A stretch of 64,000 nucleotides of DNA. It comes from Thiotrichales bacterium. GTDB taxonomy: Bacteria > Pseudomonadota > Gammaproteobacteria > Francisellales > CACEW01. The notes beneath the pieces are model-generated. The model was not told the DNA's origin. It worked only from the letters and a program-made list of their open reading frames with translations, and ran no database searches. The position numbers and the translations under genes were made by a program. The first letter of the stretch is position 1, and each line of letters opens with the position of its first letter. Shown in pieces: positions 21,105 to 29,631 of the stretch. The stretch lies in the NCBI GenBank assembly GCA_947476405.1, contig CANJQG010000007.1, positions 447 to 64,446 of the forward strand, in the 5' to 3' direction.

Positions 21105-22457
21105 ATGGCTAAAACGAAAACCCAATATGTCTGTCAATCCTGTGGTGCATCGTCTCCAAAATGGGTGGGGCAATGTGTGGATTGTCAGCAGTGGAATACC
21201 TTGATTGAAGAGCGGATTGAAGCGGCGCAGACCAAAGCCATGGCTAGTTATGCGGGTGTTGAATCACTCGAATGGGTCACGCTGGATCAAGTATCGGTTC
21301 GTGAGTATGAGCGGATTTCATTGGGGATGGAAGAGTTAGATCGCGTGATGGGTGGCGGTTTAGTGCAAGGATCCGTCACTTTGATTGGTGGAGATCCTGG
21401 CATTGGAAAATCTTCTCTTTTATTACAAGTCTTTGCGTATTTGAGTCAGCATTATTCTGTTTTATATGTCTCTGGTGAAGAATCGTTAGATCAGATTGCC
21501 CTGCGCGCCCGGCGTATGGGCTTGTCGACTAAAAATTTTCATCTGGTTGCCGATACGCATGTGCGCGCGATTATGGACGGCATTAAAAAGCATCGTCCCA
21601 AAATGGTCGTGATTGATTCGATTCAAACCATGCAAGTGGAGGAGTTGACGGGTGCGCCGGGTGGGGTGACTCAAGTTCGTGAGTCTGCTGCTTTATTAAC
21701 GCGTATGGCCAAGCAAAACAATGTGGCGGTATTTTTAGTGGGTCATGTGACCAAATCAGGGGAAGTAGCCGGGCCGCGTGTGCTCGAACATATCGTTGAT
21801 ACAGTCATTTATCTGGAGGGCCAGCAAGATGGCCGTTTTCGGTTACTGCGTGCTTTAAAAAATCGTTTTGGTCCCGTGAATGAACTCGGCGTTTTTGCGA
21901 TGACTGACAAAGGATTGAAAGAAGTTAAAAATCCCTCCGCTATTTTTTTAAGTCGTAACGAAATTTTACCCGGAAGTTGCGTCGTCAACATCTGGGAAGG
22001 CACGCGCCCCATGCTGCTTGAGGTGCAGGCATTGGTGGATGATAATCACTTTGGTGCGCCGAAGCGTTTGGCCATTGGCTATGACCTGAATCGTTTAAAT
22101 ATGTTGCTCGCGATTTTACACAAACACGGCGGCGTTGAAATCGGCCAGAGCGATGTCTTTGTCAATGTCGTCGGCGGCGTTAAAATCAGTGAGACCAGTG
22201 CAGACTTAGGAATGATGCTGGCTATTCTCTCCAGTTTTAAAAATAAAGTCTTGCCCCAAGATTTAGTTGTTTTTGGAGAGGTCGGCCTATCAGGCGAAAT
22301 CCGCCCCGTCCCTTACGGTCCCGAGCGTTTAGCAGAAGCCGCAAAGCACGGTTTTAAGCAGGCCATTATTTCAAAAGCCAATTTTAATAAAGAAGCCGCT
22401 TCAAAAATTAAATTGCAAGTCGTGAATAATGTGCGTGAATTGATTGCGCTCATTTAA
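21105..22457 (+). CDS. radA: DNA repair protein RadA
   Basis: 450 aa. It has an N-terminal zinc ribbon (YVCQSCGASSPKWVGQCVDCQQWNT), Walker A (GGDPGIGKSS), the KNRFG motif and a Lon-like C-terminus. Confidence 0.97.
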   Translation: MAKTKTQYVCQSCGASSPKWVGQCVDCQQWNTLIEERIEAAQTKAMASYAGVESLEWVTLDQVSVREYERISLGMEELDRVMGGGLVQGSVTLIGGDPGIGKSSLLLQVFAYLSQHYSVLYVSGEESLDQIALRARRMGLSTKNFHLVADTHVRAIMDGIKKHRPKMVVIDSIQTMQVEELTGAPGGVTQVRESAALLTRMAKQNNVAVFLVGHVTKSGEVAGPRVLEHIVDTVIYLEGQQDGRFRLLRALKNRFGPVNELGVFAMTDKGLKEVKNPSAIFLSRNEILPGSCVVNIWEGTRPMLLEVQALVDDNHFGAPKRLAIGYDLNRLNMLLAILHKHGGVEIGQSDVFVNVVGGVKISETSADLGMMLAILSSFKNKVLPQDLVVFGEVGLSGEIRPVPYGPERLAEAAKHGFKQAIISKANFNKEAASKIKLQVVNNVRELIALI

Positions 22458-22467
22458 GATATTCACA

Positions 22468-23991
22468 TCACTCATACTGTACAACTGTACAATCCTGCAT
22501 TGTAGTTGGAGTAGTATGACTTGTTTGGGATGCCTTATTTTTTGGACGGGCACAGGGGAGGTGCTCATGCAAAGCATTGAATATTTTACCTGGCGAAGGA
22601 AGGTAGCTATACAGCCAGGTCAGAGTTGATCCTTGGGCTATGGGGGCTGTTTCTATGGCGTCTTTTTTGAAATCGCTTTCTGAAGGATGGGGAGTATGGG
22701 TTGAAAGACCAGCGCCAGAGCCATAGCCAGCGCCAGAGCCATAGCCAGCGGCAGAGCCAGGGCCAGCGCCAGGGCCAGCGCCAGGGCCAGCGCCAGAGCC
22801 AGCGCCAGCGCCAGGGCCAGAGCCAGAGCCAGCGCCAGAGCCAGCGCCAGAGCCAGCGCCAGAGCCAGCGCCAGCGCCAGGGTGATTCGCTACTAATAGC
22901 CTTAGTTCTTCTGGACTAGGCGCGCGACGGCAACAAGAAGTCATCAATTTAAATAATTTTCTCGGAATATCAGACGCATTTATCAGAGTATCAAGCACTT
23001 TAGTGTCTCGTATGGCTGCATTTATTTTAGGACATATGTTTCCAAGTGCTGCTATTACGATGAAGATATAGCTAAGTATTTTCATGGCCTCCTCTTTAGA
23101 GCTATTTGCAGTAAGATTAAAAAAAAAGTTAGGCACCACTGAGCATATCGCCAAGGCTACAGAAGCCCCTATTTTTTTAAAGCTGATTATTGTTTGCTGC
23201 GTAGAAGAATTGCGATTGCGTAGTTTGTCAATGATTGCGTTAAGTACTGAGTTTGTGTCAACTAATGCTTGCATGAACGGGGCCAGTGAAAATATAGCAG
23301 AAAGGGCTTGCGTGCCATAGTTTGTTAAATGTTGATCTATCTCCCAGTGCAACAGTTTTTTTTCATTATATACTCTGTTTGGATTAGATGCGATAGCTGC
23401 AAATACAATAAGTAGGGTGCCGAATACTTTTCCCCTTTCATGAAATAACTTTTTGAATTCTTTTTTATTCATTAAAGCTGCTTTGGATAAATACATCAGT
23501 GATTGAACCAGGGTAAAGCCAAATAATATTTTAGCAGTTGTTTCCCTGTCTGTGGGATTGGTAATGCTATAAAATTGGTCTTTTTGAGATGTTGCTTCCT
23601 TGAAGGCGTCTTCGTGCATTGAGGCAATGCCAATTCCAGCTCCGGCTCCTAAGAGAATGTGAAACCCCTTTAGTAAATAAAATTTACAAGCGCCATCTTT
23701 ATTGCCGTTATCAACCTCATGATCATCAAGATAAGCCTGGTGGAAGGTAAGTAACTTTTTGAGGCCATCAGGTGCAGAATGGATGACTTGAGTTAATGGA
23801 GTAATCATTGCCAGAACTCCAAGTATTACAATACCCGCGGTGCCGATGCCATTATTTGTGCTCATTAAAGCAGGAACGCCCCAAAAATTTCGGAGTGTGC
23901 TAATAACCGCAGCAAAGATTAGTGTGTTTGATACACAAGTATATGCTGCGCCAGGGATTTTATTTATAGGGCATGTGATTTGACCAAACAT
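22468..23991 (-). CDS. polytopic membrane protein of unknown function with C-terminal (GAGS/GAGP) low-complexity tract
   Basis: 507 aa with multiple hydrophobic segments in aa 1-350. A Gly/Ala/Ser/Pro repeat spans aa 371-429. No recognisable family. Confidence 0.7.
   Translation of the reverse strand: MFGQITCPINKIPGAAYTCVSNTLIFAAVISTLRNFWGVPALMSTNNGIGTAGIVILGVLAMITPLTQVIHSAPDGLKKLLTFHQAYLDDHEVDNGNKDGACKFYLLKGFHILLGAGAGIGIASMHEDAFKEATSQKDQFYSITNPTDRETTAKILFGFTLVQSLMYLSKAALMNKKEFKKLFHERGKVFGTLLIVFAAIASNPNRVYNEKKLLHWEIDQHLTNYGTQALSAIFSLAPFMQALVDTNSVLNAIIDKLRNRNSSTQQTIISFKKIGASVALAICSVVPNFFFNLTANSSKEEAMKILSYIFIVIAALGNICPKINAAIRDTKVLDTLINASDIPRKLFKLMTSCCRRAPSPEELRLLVANHPGAGAGSGAGSGAGSGAGSGSGPGAGAGSGAGPGAGPGAGPGSAAGYGSGAGYGSGAGLSTHTPHPSESDFKKDAIETAPIAQGSTLTWLYSYLPSPGKIFNALHEHLPCARPKNKASQTSHTTPTTMQDCTVVQYE
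22705..22881 (-). repeat. hexanucleotide-based in-frame repeat encoding GAGAGSGAGS...GAGPGAGP...GYGSGAGYGSGAG
   Basis: gccagagccagcgccagg-type periodicity is visible directly. Confidence 0.9.
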
Positions 23992-24168
23992 AGCGCGCTC
24001 CTTTTTAATGACATTTGTTTATATCTCATATTTTTGCATGCTTATCAATATTATACCATTACTTCATCTATAGGGCAATGAAATATATATTTTTATGTTG
24101 CGGTATCTTTGTTTGCACTCTGAAAAAGATGTGATAAAATGTTCTGTTTTTCAATAATGGACTAAACA

Positions 24169-25062
24169 ATGAGACTAGCAGGAATCGAAGCAGGTGGGAC
24201 GAAGTTTATTTGTGTGATGGGGGATGAGACTGGCAAAATCATTGATCGGGCGGAATTTCCGACTCAGACACCCGAGGTGACTTTGGCGCAGGTGATTGCC
24301 TTTATGGCTGAACATCATGCGCAAGGAAAGCTCGATGCGATTGGCGTGGGGTGTTTTGGACCGATTGATCCGCTGCGTGGGTCCAAAACCTATGGTTATA
24401 TTACTTCTACGCCCAAAATGGCTTGGCAGAATTGTGATATAGTCGGGCAGTTACAGGCGGCGTTTCCGGCTGTTTCGATTGGATTTGATACGGATGTGAA
24501 TGTGGCGCTTCTGGGTGAAATGCGCTGGGGGCATGCGGTAGGTTTGACCGATGCGATTTATCTGACAGTGGGAACGGGAATTGGAGGCGGTGTGCTGGTC
24601 AATGGTCAGCTGCTTCATGGCGTCATGCATTCGGAAATGGGGCATGTGCTGCTACCCCATGATCTTGTTAGAGACCCTTTCGTAGGCTGCTGCCCTTATC
24701 ATCATGATTGTCTGGAGGGGCTTGCATCAGGTCCTGCTTTAAAGGCGCGCTGGAAGGTGGATTCTGCGATGCAATTGCCTGAGCATCATCCGGCCTGGGC
24801 ATTAGAGGCTGAATATCTGGCAGCTGCGATGATGAACTATTTGCTTTGTTTTTCCCCGCAAAAAATTATTTTAGGGGGCGGTGTGATGAAGCAAAGACAT
24901 CTATTAGATTTAATCCATCAAAAAACCCGTCAATTGATGAATGGGTATCTTAAAAGCGCAAATATGGAGTCTCTTGAACGGACGATCGTGTTGGCTAAAT
25001 TGGATCAAAATGCCGGGGCGTTAGGTTCGTTGGCTTTTGCGGCGCAGTGTGTTCATGAGTAA
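24169..25062 (+). CDS. ROK-family sugar kinase (fructokinase/Mak-like)
   Basis: N-terminal GIEAGGTKF is an ATP-binding motif. GIGGGV and the Cys/His cluster GHVLLPH...CCPYHHDCLEG are typical of the ROK zinc site. Confidence 0.85.
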   Translation: MRLAGIEAGGTKFICVMGDETGKIIDRAEFPTQTPEVTLAQVIAFMAEHHAQGKLDAIGVGCFGPIDPLRGSKTYGYITSTPKMAWQNCDIVGQLQAAFPAVSIGFDTDVNVALLGEMRWGHAVGLTDAIYLTVGTGIGGGVLVNGQLLHGVMHSEMGHVLLPHDLVRDPFVGCCPYHHDCLEGLASGPALKARWKVDSAMQLPEHHPAWALEAEYLAAAMMNYLLCFSPQKIILGGGVMKQRHLLDLIHQKTRQLMNGYLKSANMESLERTIVLAKLDQNAGALGSLAFAAQCVHE

Positions 25063-26139
25063 GCGGATCACACAGAACAAAATCAGCAAGGGATAAAGCC
25101 AGTTTAAAATGGGTGAAGCCAGTGCGATGATTCTGTTAAAGCCCAATAAGGACATGGCATACATGATGAGGAGCGTGGTCACCAGGCAGATGAATCTAGG
25201 TACTTTTCCGCGCCCAATAAAGCGATAGAAATAGTGGCTTGAGACCTCGGTTAAGGCTGATGCCGTCGCAATGCAGGTGAGTGCAATGCACAGGCCGACA
25301 AACCATTCGCCAGCCTGGCCAAAAATCAAAAATGAAATCGCGGAGACCATGGATGCAGTGGGAACATTCTGCAGACCCTGAGCATGTAACCAGGCAGAGA
25401 TCATGAATCCGGTATAAACCAAGGTCAGTAAAATGCCGCCGGTGAGACATGATTTTAAAGTGATTGCTGTGGCATGCGTTTTAAAATCAATGCCGTGTTT
25501 TTGACAGCGAGAGATAATGGCCTGATAAATAACGCCACCAAAGAAGAATGCCGCCAATAAATCCATCGTATTATAACCGCTTGAAAGGGCGTTACTGATT
25601 TGGTCAATTGCAGAAAGGGGCGTTGCGATGGCGTGTTGTCCTGTCCAGATTGCGCTGATAATCAATAAGACAAAAACCGTGATTTTAACCGGCCCTAATA
25701 TTTTTCCTAATATTTCAGTGAGATGTGACTGTTTAAGCGTAATTAAAAACACAATCAGAAAATAAAGTGCACTAAAAATAGCAGGGTGCTGTAGGGGGCC
25801 TGGCATCCAGTTTTGCATGGAGCCAAAAGTGACGGTTTCGGTTCGGGGTGTCGCAAATAAAGGGCCAATAATTAAAATTAAAAAAGTAATCACCAGAAAT
25901 GCTAATGGCTTGCTGAGAGGTGAAAAAAATTTCCAATAATCCCCTTTAAACAAAGTGATCGTAAACACACCTAAAAAGGGCAATCCCACGCCAGCCAGAA
26001 TAAAAGCCAGCCATACGCCAATTAGATGATGCCCTGCATGACTGCCTAACATGAGTGGAAATACTAAGTTTCCTGCGCCAAAAAACATTGCAAATAAAGC
26101 GATGCCATTGGTCAGTGCAATTTTATTTTCTTGTTTCAT
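25021..26139 (-). CDS. brnQ: branched-chain amino acid transport system II carrier (LIVCS family)
   Basis: 372 aa polytopic protein. FAMFFGAGNLVFPLMLG is the BrnQ signature. Confidence 0.88.
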   Translation of the reverse strand: MKQENKIALTNGIALFAMFFGAGNLVFPLMLGSHAGHHLIGVWLAFILAGVGLPFLGVFTITLFKGDYWKFFSPLSKPLAFLVITFLILIIGPLFATPRTETVTFGSMQNWMPGPLQHPAIFSALYFLIVFLITLKQSHLTEILGKILGPVKITVFVLLIISAIWTGQHAIATPLSAIDQISNALSSGYNTMDLLAAFFFGGVIYQAIISRCQKHGIDFKTHATAITLKSCLTGGILLTLVYTGFMISAWLHAQGLQNVPTASMVSAISFLIFGQAGEWFVGLCIALTCIATASALTEVSSHYFYRFIGRGKVPRFICLVTTLLIMYAMSLLGFNRIIALASPILNWLYPLLILFCVIRLLMNTLRRKSQRT

Positions 26140-26489
26140 TTTTGTCTTAAATGGCGGAGGGAAAGGGAGTCAGATTTTAGCCTACAAGCCTTATGTTTGC
26201 TTGTATTTTTTTGAGAGAGTGTCGAGGATGCCCCCAATAATGCCCCCAAAAAGTTTCGTCTAAAAGTAGTCTCGCGTTTTCTCCATGTCCTTTTTAAGAG
26301 TCCTTTGGTTTTTTAAACCAGATTCAGTTTACAATGCGCTGATTTTAAACGCAAGTGCTTGCTTTCTATAAAATGGGAATCGAACCAAAATCCTTAATTA
26401 TGCACATAAACTCGCGCATGACCAGGCTCTTGCCCTGCTTGCAAAAAGACAGGATAATAGGGGTAATCATTTTCAAATCACTGGGACTC

Positions 26490-27182
26490 ATGGAATCTTC
26501 GAGCAATAATGCCGCCTTTAGTTCCTTCAAAGATTTACAGGCATTGAAAGAGTCATTCAAAAAACCTGTGCAGACCAGCAAGAAAAAGCATCACTCCAAT
26601 TTTGAAGAGGCCAAGCAGGTGTTGAAGCAATTGAAAAAGACTTATCCAGTGGTTTTCAATGCCAATAAACCTTTGCCATTGGCGCTTGGAGCTGCAAAAG
26701 AGATTGCAAAAAATCTGCCGGAACTTTCTGCCTCCGTGTTGAGATTAGCGTTGGCCATCTGGACGAAGCAAGAAATCTATTTGCAGGCAGTGATTGCGGG
26801 TGGTGATCGATACAATCTCGATGGCTCGGTTTCGGGTGCAGTCCAAGAAGCGGAGAAGGAATACAGTCAAAAAATGCTTGAAAGAAAGCAGGCAAAACTA
26901 GAAAATAAACCAGGCGAAAACTATTGGGTCTATATTCTCGAATGCAGCAATGGCGCTTTTTATACCGGATGGACAAACGATTTAGAAAAGCGTTATCGCG
27001 ACCACTGCGAAGGCGGTGGGGCCAAATATACGCGCAGTTTTAAGCCTGTAAGAATTGCTCAAAAATGGCAGTTTGGCTCGCAGTCCTTGGCAATGCAAGC
27101 GGAGGCGCAAATTAAGAAATTGGCTCTTAAAGACAAAAAGAAAATAATCGACAGTCCTTCGTTATTCACAATCGCACAATAA
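26490..27182 (+). CDS. ProQ/FinO-domain protein fused to a GIY-YIG (YhbQ-type) nuclease domain
   Basis: The ProQ/FinO-like segment is LKKTYPVVFNANKPLPLALGAAKEIAKNL..SVLRLALAIWTKQEIYLQAVIAGGDRYNLDG (about nt 26601-26849). The GIY-YIG segment is YWVYILECSNGAFYTGWTNDLEKRYRDH...AMQAEAQIKKL (about nt 26919-27140). The ATG at 26490 is preferred over the ORF-track start 26355, whose extra 45 aa look non-coding. Confidence 0.8.
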   Translation: MESSSNNAAFSSFKDLQALKESFKKPVQTSKKKHHSNFEEAKQVLKQLKKTYPVVFNANKPLPLALGAAKEIAKNLPELSASVLRLALAIWTKQEIYLQAVIAGGDRYNLDGSVSGAVQEAEKEYSQKMLERKQAKLENKPGENYWVYILECSNGAFYTGWTNDLEKRYRDHCEGGGAKYTRSFKPVRIAQKWQFGSQSLAMQAEAQIKKLALKDKKKIIDSPSLFTIAQ

Positions 27183-27206
27183 CATAAAACAGCGTTTTTA
27201 AATATG

Positions 27207-27235
27207 TTGACTTGATGGGGCGGGTCTGCTAATGT
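27207..27235 (+). promoter_or_regulatory. cassette promoter P1 (TTGACT-17-TGcTAATGT)
   Basis: The -35 lies within ATGTTGAC, and there is an extended -10 TG. An upstream ACATAAAAC (27182-27190) is partially complementary to TATGT (27203-27207). Confidence 0.5.
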
Positions 27236-27263
27236 TTGCTTATTCAATGAAGGAGCGCGCACG

Positions 27264-28019
27264 ATGAGAATCACACTCAGGGCCAGGATAAGACATCCCG
27301 TAAAGTTTGAGTTTTATGATGACAGTAATAAAGTAATCGGTGTGCTCGACAGCCAAGAAGTGCGAGAGGTCAACACAATTAATGACGAAGATCGTTTCAA
27401 ATTTGCAATGGTTACAGACAATTTAACAGCCTGTGAAGATCTGTTCAAATGTGGTTATGAAAATCTCGAAAAATTGCCATTTTATGTGCCCAAAGAATTT
27501 ATGGATACATTGGGCGAGTTAGTTGTGGCTGCTCACAAAAAGAAAATCCCCTTCAAGCCTTCGCAAAAAATGCTTCGCGCGCTTTACCGCGAGGCCGAAC
27601 GCTTGCGCGCGCAATTGCGCATAGAAGGCGAAGACATGCCGGATATTTTAAAATATAAGGAAATTTTCAAGCTTGAAGAAGATCCAAAAATGCAGGATCT
27701 CAAAGCAAGTTCTGGCGCTAAAATTATGGCGGCAATGCTACAAATTAACGGCCCTTTCTTCGATCAATTTAATGAGATTGCGGCGGCAAATTATGGAAAG
27801 ATAAATCACAGTGTCAAAATACATCGCATTCAAGGTTACGCTCGCGGCCTTGATGAGCCGAGCAATTGGGGCTGTGCTGTAGCGCTAGAAGTTTTAAAGA
27901 AAAATAAAATCGACGTGTTCAAATTGGGTATTGATGAGGCAGTCATCAAGGAGATATGGCTCAAATCCAATAAGCAAGACGGTGAAGCCAGATTCAACGC
28001 GTTATTTAAAGGCGCATGA
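27264..28019 (+). CDS. hypothetical protein (251 aa), leading-region gene
   Basis: ORF with GAAGGAG 8 nt upstream of the ATG. No family recognised. Confidence 0.7.
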   Translation: MRITLRARIRHPVKFEFYDDSNKVIGVLDSQEVREVNTINDEDRFKFAMVTDNLTACEDLFKCGYENLEKLPFYVPKEFMDTLGELVVAAHKKKIPFKPSQKMLRALYREAERLRAQLRIEGEDMPDILKYKEIFKLEEDPKMQDLKASSGAKIMAAMLQINGPFFDQFNEIAAANYGKINHSVKIHRIQGYARGLDEPSNWGCAVALEVLKKNKIDVFKLGIDEAVIKEIWLKSNKQDGEARFNALFKGA

Positions 28020-28246
28020 TGAGCGGGCTATCCCTGTTTGGTTTGTTTGCTGTTGGTGCAATGTTGATATGTTATGCGCTGGAGCATCGCAGTCATTGGT
28101 TTATTCTGGCCTTCGCTTTTGCCTGTGGCTTGGCGTCTATCTATGGGTTTCTTCAAGGTGCTTGGCCCTTCGGGCTGGTTGAAGCTGTGTGGGCATTGGT
28201 TGCCTTGCATAAATGGCATAAGAGTGTCAGTAAAAATAAACATTAA
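28016..28246 (+). CDS. small membrane protein (76 aa, 2 predicted TM helices)
   Basis: ATGA start/stop overlap with the upstream gene. Two hydrophobic stretches. Confidence 0.55.
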   Translation: MMSGLSLFGLFAVGAMLICYALEHRSHWFILAFAFACGLASIYGFLQGAWPFGLVEAVWALVALHKWHKSVSKNKH

Positions 28247-28264
28247 AAAACGTATCTTTATATG

Positions 28265-28292
28265 TTGACATTGTAAGTTCACATGATATAAT
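28265..28292 (+). promoter_or_regulatory. cassette promoter P2 (TTGACA-16-TGaTATAAT)
   Basis: Consensus -35 and -10 with an extended -10 TG. An upstream ACATTAAAAA (28240-28249) is partly complementary to the TTTATATGT adjoining the -35. A conserved leader hairpin GCCCC-GAA-GGGGT lies at 28329-28341. Confidence 0.6.
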
Positions 28293-28362
28293 GGCTCTGT
28301 GATCTACTAAAAGGCCACAAAACACAACGCCCCGAAGGGGTAACAGCAAGGAGAGAGACATC

Positions 28363-28905
28363 ATGTCAACCGCAACATATTCAATCGCAAGTAGTAGTTT
28401 TAGCCAGTCCAAAAGCAAAGCCTGTTTTTTTATTTGCCGCAGCGGCCACCCGCAAGATGCCGCAAAGTATTTTCTAGCCATGCATAAGTGCGCCAATAAA
28501 TGGGGCGGCTATGCTGAGCAATTTTTGCGGGCCAACGAGCTTGCAGAGTTCACCGATAATCATGAGGCCAATGATGATACTCAGTACAGATACACCCTTG
28601 AAGAAAATGGGGTTTTGACTGTTCATCAAGTCAGTTTTTATAAGCGGAAAAAGTGGGGGGTCCTGTTTGTTGGTATGTGGTACGATTTTATCAATGAGTT
28701 TTTAGCCCTCCCTTTTGAAGAGCGTCTATTTCAGTTTACAGATTCTGAGTTTCTTGCCACATACAAGGTGATGACCATAAAAGAGGCGATTAAAGCAGCA
28801 TGCGAAAGCATTGACAATTATTTGCTCAAAGATGAGATCGGTGACTGCCTAATGAAGCATAGAAAGGAGTTCAATTCCCCTGATATAAAACAGCTATTTA
28901 AATAA
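28363..28905 (+). CDS. hypothetical protein (180 aa), leading-region gene
   Basis: ORF with AAGGAG 9 nt upstream. No family recognised. Confidence 0.7.
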   Translation: MSTATYSIASSSFSQSKSKACFFICRSGHPQDAAKYFLAMHKCANKWGGYAEQFLRANELAEFTDNHEANDDTQYRYTLEENGVLTVHQVSFYKRKKWGVLFVGMWYDFINEFLALPFEERLFQFTDSEFLATYKVMTIKEAIKAACESIDNYLLKDEIGDCLMKHRKEFNSPDIKQLFK

Positions 28906-28986
28906 AGAAAATCAGTTTATTAATATCTTTTTGAGAGTGTCTGATAAGTCGCTAATAATTAACATAAAAAAGATTTACTTTTTATG

Positions 28987-29015
28987 TTGACATTGGCGCG
29001 CACCCTTGATATACT
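28987..29015 (+). promoter_or_regulatory. cassette promoter P3 (TTGACA-17-TGaTATACT)
   Basis: Consensus -35 and an extended -10. A perfect 9-bp inverted repeat ACATAAAAA(28962-28970)/TTTTTATGT(28979-28987) abuts the -35. The leader hairpin GCCCC-AAT-GGGGT lies at 29052-29064. Confidence 0.6.
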
Positions 29016-29078
29016 GATTTTGTAGCCTAATGAGAGGTTGCAAAAGCAAAAGCCCCAATGGGGTAACAGGAGATGAAA

Positions 29079-29582
29079 ATGAGTGATATCAAAATTTATG
29101 TAGCAGACTTAGCCGCTTACAATAACGGCAAGCTTCACGGTGTTTGGATCGATGCAACCCAAGATGTTGACACCATCCAAGATCAAATCAATCAAATGTT
29201 AGCAAGTAGCCCTGAAATATCAGCAGAAGAGTGGTCAATCCATGGGTCGGAAGGTTTCGGTGAATATCGTTTAGGAAAGTCAACCAGCATCGAGACTGTC
29301 CACGAAATTGCAGAATTTATTGTAGAGCACGAAGACGTTGCACTTGCAGCCCTTCAATATTATAGTGACGTTAGCGAGGCCAAAGAAATGGTTGAAGATC
29401 ACTATCACGGCTGCCATTATTCAGAAGAAGAATTTGCAGAACAGCTTTATGCTGACTGTTATGAAATCCCCGAACACCTCCAGTATTACATCGATTATGA
29501 AAAGATAGCGCGTGACTTATTCATGGACGGCTATATTTCGATAGATGGCGAAGGTGGTCAAATTCACGTATTTTCAAACTAG
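29079..29582 (+). CDS. ardA: antirestriction protein ArdA
   Basis: IYVADLAAYNNGKLHGVWIDA... followed by an acidic body (EEFAEQLYADCYEIPEHLQYYIDYEKIARDLFMDGY) is the ArdA family pattern. The ATG at 29079 is better spaced from AGGAG than the ATG at 29073. Confidence 0.85.
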   Translation: MSDIKIYVADLAAYNNGKLHGVWIDATQDVDTIQDQINQMLASSPEISAEEWSIHGSEGFGEYRLGKSTSIETVHEIAEFIVEHEDVALAALQYYSDVSEAKEMVEDHYHGCHYSEEEFAEQLYADCYEIPEHLQYYIDYEKIARDLFMDGYISIDGEGGQIHVFSN

Positions 29583-29631
29583 AAAAACAAGGGCGGCTAA
29601 AGGCTGCCCGCACTCAATTAGAGCAAGGACA

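Noticed and set aside
22701-22919. + strand ORF encoding QRQSHSQRQS... opposite the GAGS tract
   Set aside because: It is an antisense reading of the hexanucleotide repeat, with no independent support.
26370-26395. tRNA T-loop-like sequence on the minus strand (TTGGTTCGATTCCCA), possibly a tRNA gene or the tRNA-3'-end remnant of an att site left of the island
   Set aside because: I reverse-complemented 26321-26470 and could not build a T-stem (TTTGG versus CCCAT does not pair), an acceptor stem or an anticodon arm. It is only a 12-15-nt resemblance and could be chance. It would become interesting only if a matching tRNA or tmRNA 3' end is found at the other island border or elsewhere.
26355-26489. 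N-terminal 45-aa extension of the ProQ/FinO-GIY-YIG ORF given in the ORF track
   Set aside because: The extension (MLAFYKMGIEPKSLIMHINSRMTRLL...) has no domain similarity and covers promoter-like, AT-rich sequence. The internal ATG at 26490 directly precedes the low-complexity linker and the FinO domain.
28906-29072. Possibility that the ardA upstream region is an Frpo-type single-stranded-DNA promoter
   Set aside because: Frpo-like elements form long (about 100-bp or more) imperfect hairpins that reconstitute the -35/-10 in ssDNA. Here I find only a 9-bp inverted repeat next to an ordinary duplex-type consensus promoter. Early expression from ssDNA is therefore not supported by the sequence itself.
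29060-29075. CsrA-binding-site interpretation of the conserved leader (GGGGTAACAGGAG / ..ACAGCAAGGAG)
   Set aside because: The GGA coincides with the Shine-Dalgarno sequence and the match to the RUACARGGAUGU consensus is imperfect. No CsrA-like gene is present in the window. It is kept only as a remote possibility.
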